A stretch of DNA of 64,000 nucleotides from positions 3,584,001-3,648,000 of the forward strand of contig OY970192.1 of assembly GCA_963708135.1 (NCBI GenBank), read 5' to 3'. This DNA is from an uncultured Gemmatimonadales bacterium (GTDB lineage Bacteria; Gemmatimonadota; Gemmatimonadetes; Longimicrobiales; RSA9). Shown one piece after another: positions 19,669-30,070 of this stretch (position 1 is its first letter; every line of letters begins with the position of its first letter). A model generated the notes under the pieces. It saw only the letters and a program-made list of their open reading frames with translations, did not search any database and was not told the DNA's origin. The position numbers were made by a program, and so were the translations under genes.

Positions 19669-20499
19669 ATGAGAAGCCGGACGTGCTGGATCGTCGCCGG
19701 CGCCGCGCTGGTCGCGGCGGCCGGCTGCGCGAAGGACACCACGGCGCCCGCGAGCGCGGCGCTCGCAGCCGATGTCGCGCTGGTGACGACGGACGGCGAC
19801 ATGCAGACGCTCCAGATCATGCACGACGCCGCGATCCCCGGCGCGGGCTTCCCCGGCCTCGGGGCGCCCGGACTGCTCCTCTCGCCGCTCGGAGGACACG
19901 GCGGCTGCGGCCCGCAGCACCGGAGCGGCGCCACCTGCAGCGGCAGGGCGAATGGGCTCGACGTCTCCCGCACGGTCACGTTCTACGATGCATCCGGCGC
20001 GGAGCAGGCGGCCTACGATTCGCTGACCACCGCCTCCATCCGGCTCCAGACGAGCGTGAGCGGGACCGTCGCGCGGGGACCGTGGAGCGCCACGGTCGAT
20101 CGCGAAAGCGACGTCACCGTGAGCGGGCTCGCGGGTCAGGAGACCACCGCCACCTGGAACGGGACCGGCACGAGCACGATCACCCGCAGCCGGCACACGG
20201 ACGGCGGCGCGGCGCGAACCTACGACATGACCGGCTCGACGACCGTCGCCGACCTGGTCGCGCCCCGCCCGCACACGTCGGGCGCATGGCCGCTCTCCGG
20301 GACCATCACGCACCACGTCACGGTGACGCAGACGGAGGGGCCGAACGCCGGCACTACCCGCGAAGTCGATGTGGTGGTCACCTTCGACGGGACGCAGTAC
20401 GCCACGGTAACGGTGAACGGCCACACCTTCACGCTCGATCTCGCGCAGCACCGCCTCGGCCTGCCCGGGGTGGGGGGGGTGGGCGGACCGCGCCACTGA
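19669..20499 (+). CDS. Thr-rich beta-structured lipoprotein
   Basis: Lipobox AAGC; divergent from the TonB receptor. Confidence 0.8.
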   Translation: MRSRTCWIVAGAALVAAAGCAKDTTAPASAALAADVALVTTDGDMQTLQIMHDAAIPGAGFPGLGAPGLLLSPLGGHGGCGPQHRSGATCSGRANGLDVSRTVTFYDASGAEQAAYDSLTTASIRLQTSVSGTVARGPWSATVDRESDVTVSGLAGQETTATWNGTGTSTITRSRHTDGGAARTYDMTGSTTVADLVAPRPHTSGAWPLSGTITHHVTVTQTEGPNAGTTREVDVVVTFDGTQYATVTVNGHTFTLDLAQHRLGLPGVGGVGGPRH

Positions 20500-20530
20500 G
20501 GTCCGCGACCGGAGGCGGGGGGCCGCGGAG

Positions 20531-21379
20531 CTAGGACGGGCGGGTACCGCGGCCCGGCTCGGTCAGCGAGCGGTAGATCCGGAGATGGCGCAGCGCCGCG
20601 GCGCGCTCGCCACGGATCTCGTGGATACGCGCCAGGTTGTAGTGGGCGTCGGCGAAGCCGGGATCCGCCGCGAGCGCCCGCCCGTACGACTCCAGCGCCT
20701 CGCCCACGCGCCCGAGATCCTCGAGGGCGGTGCCGAGGTTGAACCAGGCGGTCGGGTGCCTGGTGCGCTCGAGGGCGCGCCGGTAGTGCTCGACCGCCTC
20801 CTCCAGGCGCCCCGCCTCCTGAAGCATGCGCCCGAGGTTGATGTTCGCGTCCGCGTGCCCGCCATCCAGCGTCAGCGCCCGCTCGTACGCCGCCACGGCC
20901 TGCTCGGGCGCGCACGCCTCCAAGTCCAACGCCAGGTCGTACCACTCGTCCGCTGAATAGTCCTCGCCCGACTCGTGAGCTGCCTCCGCGGCCTCGCGCG
21001 CCAGCGGCGCCACCTCGGCCGCCAGGTCGGAGACCTGGAAATCGAGCAGGAACTGCCCCGACAGCGGGTTCCACGCGGCATCGCCGTCCCGGACCACAAT
21101 GCGGTCGCCGTCGGCCGTGATCCTCACGCCCGAGAGCGGGCCGCCGTCCGGCAGCTGCCTGCGCAGCTGCTTGAGCGCCCGCGTGATGTTCCGCTTCGGC
21201 ACGCGCGCCGCCGCGAGTCCCGCGGCCGTGCGCAGGAGCACCAGATCGGGGAAGGAGAAGCGGTACTCGCCGCGCGCATCCCGCGCCGCGGTGAGGAGGC
21301 CGGCGCGGGCGTAGGAGCGCACCTGCCCGGCCGACAGACCGATCAGCCGGGCGACCTCGCGGGTGCTGTATCCCTTCAT
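20531..21379 (-). CDS. MerR-type HTH plus TPR protein
   Basis: YSTREVARLIGLS...RSYARAGLL; C-terminal TPR repeats. Confidence 0.85.
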   Translation of the reverse strand: MKGYSTREVARLIGLSAGQVRSYARAGLLTAARDARGEYRFSFPDLVLLRTAAGLAAARVPKRNITRALKQLRRQLPDGGPLSGVRITADGDRIVVRDGDAAWNPLSGQFLLDFQVSDLAAEVAPLAREAAEAAHESGEDYSADEWYDLALDLEACAPEQAVAAYERALTLDGGHADANINLGRMLQEAGRLEEAVEHYRRALERTRHPTAWFNLGTALEDLGRVGEALESYGRALAADPGFADAHYNLARIHEIRGERAAALRHLRIYRSLTEPGRGTRPS

Positions 21380-21558
21380 CCGTCGGATCCGGGCTCGATG
21401 CATGGGATTGCGGGCCGGCGGGCAGGGGTGGATTGCCCGGGCGCGGCTGCCACAAGTATATACCGTGGCGTGTGGGTGGGCCGCAATCGGCTGGGGAACG
21501 GAGGGGATGCGGCCGGCGGGATTCGGGTGCGGGCACGGGCGGCCTGGCGGGAGGCAGC

Positions 21559-22245
<687 letters not shown>

Positions 22246-22269
22246 CGGCGTCGGCGGCCGCTGACGACA

Positions 22270-22380
22270 GGCACGCCTCTGTCTGGCTGCGGCTGCTCGG
22301 CATCCGTCGCGCCACAGGCCATATGCCGGGGACGCAGCAGGGTCGCGTACGGTGTAAACGGAGCCTGCTCCCACCAAGAG
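22270..22380 (-). pseudogene. Degenerate fragment paralogous to the 5' part of 24854-25435
   Basis: YATLLRPRHMACGATDAEQPQP versus YAAVVRPRHMRWGATDAERLQP. Confidence 0.65.
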
Positions 22381-22538
22381 TGCGGCGAGCCCCCACGACC
22401 GTTTCCCTCCTCCTCGGCTGGTCCTCCCGCGCCCCGCCGATCGATCGAGCCGCGTGCGCGGGTACTCACCACCGGTTGTAAGGCGGGCAGAGGCAACGGG
22501 AGCTGGCACGCCTCACGGCGACGCCAGCCTGCGAACAG

Positions 22539-23609
22539 TCAACTGGTCTTCGCCCACCAGGAGTTCGTCCCCACCCCGGAACCGGGCCAAGGGTAATTGA
22601 GAGAATAAATACCGGGGAAGCAGGTCCCTCCGGTCGAGAAGGCATTCGCCGGCGCCCCGAGGCCGAGGCCGTACCACGTCCCGTCGGTCCCGCGCGTAAT
22701 GATGGACGAAGCACCCACCGACGGGATGGACGTACAGCCACCCTCGTACCATCCCCAAGATTCCCACGCGGTGTACGAACTGGTGGCAGAACTATGGCTG
22801 AGGCCGGCACTGCTGCAAACCTTGGCGATCTGGTCCCACTGCCCATCGTTATAGTCGTAGATGAATCCGTACCAGCACCCGGTGGAGGGATTCTGCGGGT
22901 GGTCTGAGGCCATTTCCGTGAGGAAGCCTGGCTGGTTCGTCGTGAAGAATGACCGAACGTAGTGAAGGGTGAATTGAGCGTTCGCCGCATCTTGTGGGGT
23001 GGCCGCCCAATCCGTCCCGCCCGGCCCTGAACCGCCGCGGTCCGTGCACCAATCCCAGAAGCCGAAGGCGTGGGTGGTGCCGAAAGCTCCCTTGGCCCGC
23101 TGGAAGAGCTGAGTTGTCTCCAGGCAGGCGCTCTGCGGGAGACTCGTCGGCGCGTAAATTACGGAACCGCCGATGCTATCAGGGGCCTGTTGTGTGTGCC
23201 ATTCGTCAATCTGGATGTCCTGCCACTCATTGACCAAGTAGATGCCGGCGGCGTTCGTCGACGCGTAGGGGTATTGCACGCCTGCATCCATTTCTCCTGG
23301 ATAGGCATCGATGCTTCCGGTCCTGTGGTAGGTGGTGCGCCGCGGGAGGAGCGGTGTGGAGAGAGGCGCGACTGGCGGCACGGAGAGATCGGAAAAGGGG
23401 CCGTCGATCGCAGTATCATAGGGTGCCGGCAGCTGGGTTACCACCTGCTCCGGCGGGATGCGAACCCGCCGCGGCAGGGTCATTCGTGCCAAGACCGAGG
23501 CCTGAGCTGATGGCGCACCGGGGCCCGTAGGGCTGACGGACCGGTTATCTGGCTGGCAGGCCACCAGCATCGTGGCTGCGAGCGCGGTGGACAGGGCGTG
23601 TGCGCGCAA
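22539..23609 (-). CDS. Hypothetical Trp/Cys-rich lipoprotein (lower GC)
   Basis: Long ORF; TTG start after GAGG gives MRAHALSTALAATMLVAC lipobox. Confidence 0.7.
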   Translation of the reverse strand: MRAHALSTALAATMLVACQPDNRSVSPTGPGAPSAQASVLARMTLPRRVRIPPEQVVTQLPAPYDTAIDGPFSDLSVPPVAPLSTPLLPRRTTYHRTGSIDAYPGEMDAGVQYPYASTNAAGIYLVNEWQDIQIDEWHTQQAPDSIGGSVIYAPTSLPQSACLETTQLFQRAKGAFGTTHAFGFWDWCTDRGGSGPGGTDWAATPQDAANAQFTLHYVRSFFTTNQPGFLTEMASDHPQNPSTGCWYGFIYDYNDGQWDQIAKVCSSAGLSHSSATSSYTAWESWGWYEGGCTSIPSVGASSIITRGTDGTWYGLGLGAPANAFSTGGTCFPGIYSLNYPWPGSGVGTNSWWAKTS

Positions 23610-23653
23610 GCGGACCTCGTGGGTATTGGGGGATGTGAACGGCTTGGCTTGGG

Positions 23654-24187
23654 CTAGTGCCTGCTGGAAATCTCGAGCGTAATGACAACCGAATCCGCGT
23701 GCGGTTCGGGCGTTGACACGCTGAGGCCAGTGACCGTGTCGCTCCTGAACGGGGACCACGGTGGCGGAATGGCGATCAGGACATCGCACTCCGGCGTTAC
23801 CGACGCGTCTGGCCGCCGGAAAACGAAATGGCCCGCGGAATCAGTCGTTTGGATATAATGCCGCGCTATGGCGATATTTCCATAGCAGCGGCCGAACTTT
23901 TGTTCTTCAGGGCCGGCGATATTTCCGAGCGGGAAAAGGTGCACCTCGACCCCTGCGACTGGAGCCCCGTCGGAATTGCGCACCCAGCCGCCGAGCGTGG
24001 TCGGAAGAAAGGGACGGAGAGTAGCGAACCGTCCCGGGACCGTGTCGTGGCCCGCCCGCGCCTGCGTGGCCTGTCGAGATTGACCGCAGCCGCTATCGAG
24101 CCCGAAGCCGAGGATTGACGTCAGCACGATCGAGCCGGGCACACCCACCGTGCGGCACCATCGATAGCAACGCGGGATGATTGTCAT
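23654..24187 (-). CDS. Hypothetical exported protein with carboxypeptidase-regulatory-like domain
   Basis: GWVRNSDGAPVAGVEV...TTDSAGHF. Confidence 0.6.
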   Translation of the reverse strand: MTIIPRCYRWCRTVGVPGSIVLTSILGFGLDSGCGQSRQATQARAGHDTVPGRFATLRPFLPTTLGGWVRNSDGAPVAGVEVHLFPLGNIAGPEEQKFGRCYGNIAIARHYIQTTDSAGHFVFRRPDASVTPECDVLIAIPPPWSPFRSDTVTGLSVSTPEPHADSVVITLEISSRH

Positions 24188-24246
24188 TCGGGTGCTCCGC
24201 TTCGCGAGATCTTGGAAGCGAGCCGTTTGCAACGTTGAAGGTTTAG

Positions 24247-24705
24247 GGGCGTATTGTCAAGAGTTGTTTACAGTTGTTTATGCTCCTGCACCTTTCGCTT
24301 CAGCCCAGGCCGCTCCAACTGCCGCCCCAGCCTTACACCGGCTATAGCCCTTCTCACCGCCGAATTTGGGGGAAGGTCCTGTTGTGGATCGGGATGATCA
24401 GGCTGCCACCTCCGCGTCCTCCTCGACGATCGGCTGATCGTCCCCTTCGACCGGTACGCCATCATTAGACGAAACACCCGCGCGGACGAGGGGCAGCAGG
24501 GCCGCTCCGTTGAGCCGCCGCCACCGCAGCTGCGCCATCTCCAGCAGCTTGAACGCATGGTCAGCCGCCGCTGCCGTAACCCGGCTCCCTTTAGCGCGCT
24601 GTCGGAGTCGAACCGTCGCAAACGCGGACTCGATCGGCTTGCTGGTCAGGATGTGGCGCCAGTGCTCAGCTGGGAAATCGAAGAACGTGAGGTGCGCCCG
24701 GACCC
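24247..24705 (-). mobile_element. IS256-family remnant (transposase C-terminus 24398-24705 plus right end)
   Basis: FFDFPAEHWRHI..SKPIESAFATVRLR...WRRLNG; terminal ACAACTCTTGACAATAC. Confidence 0.8.
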
Positions 24706-24853
24706 GGTCGGCTCTACGGTGCTGGATGCGCCGCACTGTCGAGGCTCGCGTCGGCTGGCACGCTCGCCGGCCGGGTGGCCGGACTCACGGCCGCCGCGCC
24801 CTGGTCGCGACGCACCGGGCCCGGCCCCGTCGTTGCGCCCACGCGACCCCCGC

Positions 24854-25435
24854 TCACGCGGTCGAGCCGTCGAGCGTCCCGGCGGCGGCGCTCGACGCGT
24901 CCGCGTGCCTGCGCGCGAGGCCGGCGTGCCGCACCGCCGCGAGCGCCTCCGCACGCCGCTTCACGCGACGCATCCAGACCCGCAGGGCGAGCGCGCCGGC
25001 GGGGTCCATGAGGACGACGCGCGCGGCCGCGGCCAGCGTCTCGCGTACCCGCGCCTGGTTGCGCGAGACCAGGCGGGTCCGCTCCGGCCCCTGCGGATAG
25101 AGCGCGAGCGTCCAACTCGCCCGCTCCGGGGCGGCCGACGGCACGAGCACGATCCAGCGCTCCGTCTCGAGCGAGTGCGCCTCCAGCCCGTGGCGGTCCG
25201 CCAGCCGCTCGATCCAGGGCCAGATCTCGTCCCTCCCTGCCTCGATCGTGACCGCTCTCGTGGCCACGTACTCCGGCCGACGCACGACGTCGTCGCCGGG
25301 CATCGGCTGCAGCCGCTCCGCGTCGGTCGCGCCCCAACGCATGTGCCGCGGGCGCACGACCGCCGCGTACGCCGCCGCGCACGCTGCTCCCGCCAGGAAG
25401 CCGGCCAGCGCGGGCCCAGCCTTGTCTCTCTGCAT
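24854..25435 (-). CDS. Hypothetical protein (SRPBCC-like, RWGAT..E...MPGDD family)
   Basis: WGATDAE..MPGDD, TRAVTIEA...IWPW. Confidence 0.7.
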   Translation of the reverse strand: MQRDKAGPALAGFLAGAACAAAYAAVVRPRHMRWGATDAERLQPMPGDDVVRRPEYVATRAVTIEAGRDEIWPWIERLADRHGLEAHSLETERWIVLVPSAAPERASWTLALYPQGPERTRLVSRNQARVRETLAAAARVVLMDPAGALALRVWMRRVKRRAEALAAVRHAGLARRHADASSAAAGTLDGSTA

Positions 25436-25463
25436 GCCGCTATCCTCCTGCGCCCTCGGGCGC

Positions 25464-25907
25464 TCAGGCCATCACGTGTATGGGCTCCGAGATGCGCTCC
25501 AGCATCTCGCCCACGGTCCCGAGCCGCTGCGGCGCCAGGCCGCGCGCGACGTCGCCGGCGCTGAGCAGGCCGACGACGCGGCCGCGCTCGACCACCGGGA
25601 GCCGGCGAACGCGTGCGTCCGCCATGATTCTGACCGCGTCCTCGACCTCGGCGTCCGGGGCCACGACGCGCAGCTCGTCCTTCGTCATGTGCTCCGCGAT
25701 CGCGCAGTCGCCGCGATGGCCGAGCGCGACGTGCCGGATCGCAATGTCGCGATCCGTGATCACACCCAGCAGCCGCAGGGTCTTGCGGCCATCCACGATG
25801 GGAACGCATCCCACATCCAGGCTGCGCATCACCTCCGCGGCCCGGCTGATCGGATCCTCGCTCGTGAGCACCTCCGGATCCGCCGTCATGATCTCCCTGA
25901 CTCGCAT
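25464..25907 (-). CDS. CBS-domain protein
   Basis: VREIMT, GVITDRDI, VRRLPVV. Confidence 0.9.
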   Translation of the reverse strand: MRVREIMTADPEVLTSEDPISRAAEVMRSLDVGCVPIVDGRKTLRLLGVITDRDIAIRHVALGHRGDCAIAEHMTKDELRVVAPDAEVEDAVRIMADARVRRLPVVERGRVVGLLSAGDVARGLAPQRLGTVGEMLERISEPIHVMA

Positions 25908-26336
25908 CGTTCCCTCCTCCGTGCCCGCACCGGCCATCCCCATGACGGCCACCACGCCAGCGGAGCGGGTTCCATGCCGCGCCGCCACGACCGCGGTCGC
26001 GCCGGGAAAGTCGAGCAGCGGCGCGGATTCCGGGCGCCTCCGGCCACCGGCGCCCGCGCTGTCGCGGAGGCGGATTGTCCCGTGGCGTCGCCGCGGCGCA
26101 TGACGAAAGATCCGCGACGTAGCGCCCGGGGCGGATCTGCACGTCATGGGTCAATGCGTCAGCGCGACACCGGGACCGCCGCGCATCCCCACCCTCGCCC
26201 GACCGGCGCCGAGCCGCGCCCCGAGGCGATTCCCGGGCCTCGAACCGCCGCCGAGCTGCGCGGGCCGCCGCTGGCCGCGTTCCTGCCGTTGCCGTGGGGG
26301 GGTGCAGCGGCAGTCCAGCCGACATGAGGAGGGGCC

Positions 26337-27125
26337 ATGGCAGGCAAGCGAGCGGACCAGTACCGGATCGCGCCCGATGAGGCCGGCGCCACCGACTACA
26401 AGTATCGGCCCGACCGACCGCGGGAGGCGGACGCCGACGACCGGGTGCTGAGCCGCTCGCGCGAAGGCCGCTTCGCCGCCACGCAGCCGATCCCGCCCGC
26501 CGTGCTGGACCCGCGCGCGCGCGGCGCGCTGAAGCCCTCGACCCACCGGGCGCGGCGCCGGCGGGCGCCCCGCCTGCGCGACATCATGTCGAGCGAGGTC
26601 GTCGCGCTCGGGCCCCACACCACCCTCCGCGACGCCGTCGAGGCGCTCAGCGACCGCGGCATCAGCGGCGCGCCCGTGGCCACGCCGGAGGGTCGCGTGG
26701 TCGGCGTCGTCTCCTCCACGGACCTGCTCGACTTCGCCGCAGAGGCGCCGGGCGTGCCGACGGAGCGGACGGAGCAGAGCGAATGGGGCGAGATCGAGGG
26801 ACCGGAGGAGTCGGAGGAGGAGCAGGAGCCGAGCGCGTGGTACAGGGATCTCTGGGACGATGCCGGCGCGGAGGTGCTCGCCCGCTTCAGTGAGGTCGAG
26901 GGACCCGAGTGGGACATCCTCGACGAGCACACGGTCGAGGAGGTGATGACCCGAAAGCTCTGCGAGCTGCCGCCGGATGCCGAGCTCGTCGCCGCCGCGC
27001 GCTACATGCTCGAGGCGGGAGTCCACCGCGTGCTCGTGGTGGACCACGGCACGCTCGTCGGCGTCGCCACGAGCACGGACTTCCTGCGCGCCATCGCGGA
27101 TGGCCGCCTGGGACCCGCCGTCTAG
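26337..27125 (+). CDS. CBS-domain protein with N-terminal extension and acidic insert
   Basis: LRDIMS..ISGAPV..GVVSSTDL; VHRVLVV. Confidence 0.85.
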   Translation: MAGKRADQYRIAPDEAGATDYKYRPDRPREADADDRVLSRSREGRFAATQPIPPAVLDPRARGALKPSTHRARRRRAPRLRDIMSSEVVALGPHTTLRDAVEALSDRGISGAPVATPEGRVVGVVSSTDLLDFAAEAPGVPTERTEQSEWGEIEGPEESEEEQEPSAWYRDLWDDAGAEVLARFSEVEGPEWDILDEHTVEEVMTRKLCELPPDAELVAAARYMLEAGVHRVLVVDHGTLVGVATSTDFLRAIADGRLGPAV

Positions 27126-27784
27126 GCCGCCGGCGCGCTCGCAGCCGCGGCGTCCCGGAGCACGTGCGCAATGTCCTCGTCGCGCACCTGCGTGAAGTCG
27201 TCATACCAGAAGTCGACGCTGTGGAACGGCCACGGCACGAACGCGCACACCAGCTCGTCCGCCTCCTCCGCCACCCGCTCGTAGGCCTCCGCCGCCGCTA
27301 CCGGCACCGCCACCACGACCCGCGCCGCGTCCTGCGCCCGGAGCGTCGCCAGCGCCGCGAGCATCGACCACCCCGTCGCCATCCCGTCATCCACCAGCAC
27401 CACCGTGCGGCCGGCCAGCGGCGGCGCCGCCCGCCCGCCCCGGTACAGCGCCTCCCGGCGGACGAGCTCGCGCCGCTGCGCCGCCGTCACCGACTCCATC
27501 ACGTCCGCGCGGACCCGGAGTGCGGCGACCACCGCATCGTCCAGCACCCGCACGCCGCCCGGTCCGACGGCCCCCATGGCAAGCTCCTCGTGGCGCGGCA
27601 CGAGGAGCTTGCGGACCACCAGCACGTCGAGCGCCGCGCCGGTCGAGCGCGCGACCTCCACGCCCACGGACATGCCTCCGCGCGGCAGCGCCAGAATCAG
27701 TGTGTCCGGCCCGGCCTCCATGGCCAGCCGCTCCCCGAGCCAGCGGCCGCCTTCGGCCCGGCTCGCGAACTTGCGAACCCGCAT
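27122..27784 (-). CDS. Phosphoribosyltransferase-family protein
   Basis: LALPRGG, VRKL..P..EELAMGA, VLVDDGMATG. Confidence 0.9.
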   Translation of the reverse strand: MRVRKFASRAEGGRWLGERLAMEAGPDTLILALPRGGMSVGVEVARSTGAALDVLVVRKLLVPRHEELAMGAVGPGGVRVLDDAVVAALRVRADVMESVTAAQRRELVRREALYRGGRAAPPLAGRTVVLVDDGMATGWSMLAALATLRAQDAARVVVAVPVAAAEAYERVAEEADELVCAFVPWPFHSVDFWYDDFTQVRDEDIAHVLRDAAAASAPAA

Positions 27785-28115
27785 CGCTCCCCTGTGGCTG
27801 TCGGAGAATCCCGATGGATGCGAAACCCCCGGGGGTGTTCACGCTTCCCCCCGGGGGATTCGTCCGGGCTGAACTCCCGGCGTCCTGCCAAACCGAACCG
27901 AACCATGCCTGGTCCATCCGTCCCCCCCAGGCGGGGGGAAAGAATGGCAAGCGGCGCGCCAGCGCCTCGCCCGACCAGCGCGGCGCTCCAATGTGACTGC
28001 CGGACAACCAGTTGCGACGCCGCCAACCGCCGCCGCCCGCGCGACCCGCACCACCGCGGACGGGACGCTTCGCCCCGCCCGCCTCCCCGAAGCAGGACGG
28101 TCCGCCCCGCTCGCT

Positions 28116-28787
28116 TCAGCCGCCGGCCCGCGCCGGCGGCGGCGCCGCGGCCGCCCGCTCCAGCAGGGCGACGAACTCCGCGAGCGTCGTCACCCCCCGG
28201 TCCCTGGAGTACCAGCCCAGCTTGTAGTCGGTCAGCTGCGCGTCCGTCAGCGAGTCGCGCCGCGCCTCCATCCACTCCGCCAGCGGCCGCGGCCGCTCGA
28301 CCCACGCGCCACGCTCCTCGTAGTCCTCGTCCAGCAGCAGCACGAGCGGGACCGCCTCGCGGCCGTACGTCTCGTGCCCGTGCAGCAAGCCGCCGCACTC
28401 CTTTCGGTGCACGATCCGCACGTCCAGCGAGCCGGGCAGCTCCCCGGCGAGGTGCGCGATGTAGGGCACCGTGTTCACGGCGTCGCCGCACCAGTTCTCC
28501 GCCACGACCAGCACGTGCCAGCGGCCGGGCACCCGCCGCGCCCGCGCCACCAGCGCCGGCGGGATCGGTCGCGCCAGGTTGCCACGCCACTGCGCCTGCC
28601 GGGCGGTATCGACCGCCACGAACTCCTCGATCGGCCGCCCCTGCCAGAACAGGATCGGATAGTCCACCGGCCCGCCCTCCGCCACCGAGCCCGCCCCCCC
28701 GCAGCTACCGCTCGAGGCCTGGCCGCCGGAGCACCCCGCCGCCAGGGCCGCCAGGAGCAGCGCCGGACCCCCAAGCACGCTTCGCAT
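28116..28787 (-). CDS. Thioredoxin-like lipoprotein (WCGD type)
   Basis: Lipobox AAGC; AENWCGDA; W.ERP. Confidence 0.8.
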   Translation of the reverse strand: MRSVLGGPALLLAALAAGCSGGQASSGSCGGAGSVAEGGPVDYPILFWQGRPIEEFVAVDTARQAQWRGNLARPIPPALVARARRVPGRWHVLVVAENWCGDAVNTVPYIAHLAGELPGSLDVRIVHRKECGGLLHGHETYGREAVPLVLLLDEDYEERGAWVERPRPLAEWMEARRDSLTDAQLTDYKLGWYSRDRGVTTLAEFVALLERAAAAPPPARAGG

Positions 28788-29058
28788 CTCTCTCCGCCTC
28801 CGGATCGCGTACGGCGACCCTTCAGCAACACGCCCCGTGCCGCCACGGCCCGGGCCCCGCCTATCGTCGCCTAACGTCAGTTGCCGCAATGACTTGCGGC
28901 TCCACTCCGAAGCGCGTCGGCGGCGCGCTGGCGGCGAAGCGGCCGGACAATTCGCCCCGGCCGGAGGCGGAGCGGGGCCATCCGCGACGCGGATGGACGC
29001 ACGGCGGGTGGGGTGCGGGTGGGCGTGGGGGGACGCTGCGGGGGCGCGACAGCGTGGG

Positions 29059-29073
29059 GGGCACGCGTGTTGC
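29059..29073 (+). promoter_or_regulatory. Possible sigma-54 promoter
   Basis: GGGCACGCGTGTTGC fits -24/-12 consensus, 50 bp upstream of ATG 29123. Confidence 0.5.
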
Positions 29074-29122
29074 GCTGCGGCGGGGGTCGTCCCGCCGCCG
29101 GTCCCCCGCCGAAGGAGCGCGC

Positions 29123-30034
29123 ATGCCAGCCGTCGCCATCACGCAGGATCTGCAGGACATCGAACGGGCCATCGGGCAGGCGCTCGCGCCGCTGGGGCTG
29201 GAGGCGCGGCTGCGCGGCAAGCGGGTGGCGGTCAAGGCGAACGACACGTGGGCGTCGGCGCAGGACCGGAGCGGCGTGACGCAGCCGGACACGCTGCGGG
29301 CGGTGCTGCGCGGCGTGAAGGCGGCGGGGCCGTCGGCGCTGTGGGTCACGGGCGGCTCGGGGGCCGCGGAGACGGAGGACGTCTTCCGGGTGTCGGGGAT
29401 GCTCGAGGTGCTGGAGGAGGAGGGAGTCGAGCTGGTGGACCACAACCGGCCGCCGTTCGTGGCCGTGGACCTCCAGTACGAGCCGCGGCACGATGTGCGG
29501 GGCCCGCAGCCGTCGGTGATGGTGAACCCGCGCGTGCTCGAGCACGACGTGCTGATCGCGGTGAGCCAGCTCAAGCTGCACGAGACGGCCACGGTCACGC
29601 TCGCGCTGAAGAACATCGCGATGTCCTTCCCGGCCGCGGACTACTACGGCCACCCGCGCTCGGCGGAGAAGCACGAGAACTGGTTCTACGACGACATGCA
29701 CTCCTTCATTGCCGTCATGGCCAGGCGCTTCCCGATCGACCTGGCGGTCACGGTCGGCCATCCGGCCATGGTGGCGACGGGGCCGCTCGGCGGGCACGCG
29801 GTGGAGACGGGGATCGTCATCGCGAGCACGGACCCGCTGGCCGCCGACGTCGTCGGCGCCCGGCTGCTGGGCTTCAACGCCCAGGCCGTGCGGCACCTGT
29901 GGGAGGCCGGGCGGATGGGGCTCGGCGAGACGGAGACGGAGCGGATGGAGTTCCCCGCGCTCTCGCTCGAGGAGGCGATCGGCGCCTTCACCGAGGCCGC
30001 CTACGGCGAGCGGCTATCGTTCAGGCACGCGTGA
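29123..30034 (+). CDS. DUF362-domain protein
   Basis: VAVKAN, GVTQP, LKLH...TLALKN, ASTDPLAAD. Confidence 0.85.
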   Translation: MPAVAITQDLQDIERAIGQALAPLGLEARLRGKRVAVKANDTWASAQDRSGVTQPDTLRAVLRGVKAAGPSALWVTGGSGAAETEDVFRVSGMLEVLEEEGVELVDHNRPPFVAVDLQYEPRHDVRGPQPSVMVNPRVLEHDVLIAVSQLKLHETATVTLALKNIAMSFPAADYYGHPRSAEKHENWFYDDMHSFIAVMARRFPIDLAVTVGHPAMVATGPLGGHAVETGIVIASTDPLAADVVGARLLGFNAQAVRHLWEAGRMGLGETETERMEFPALSLEEAIGAFTEAAYGERLSFRHA

Positions 30035-30070
30035 GCGCGAAGCCGCCCCACCCGCCGTCGAAGCCGCCCG

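Noticed and set aside
26909..29122. N-terminal 738 aa of the 1041-aa ORF
   Set aside because: Antisense shadow of two real genes; only the DUF362 part from 29123 is credible
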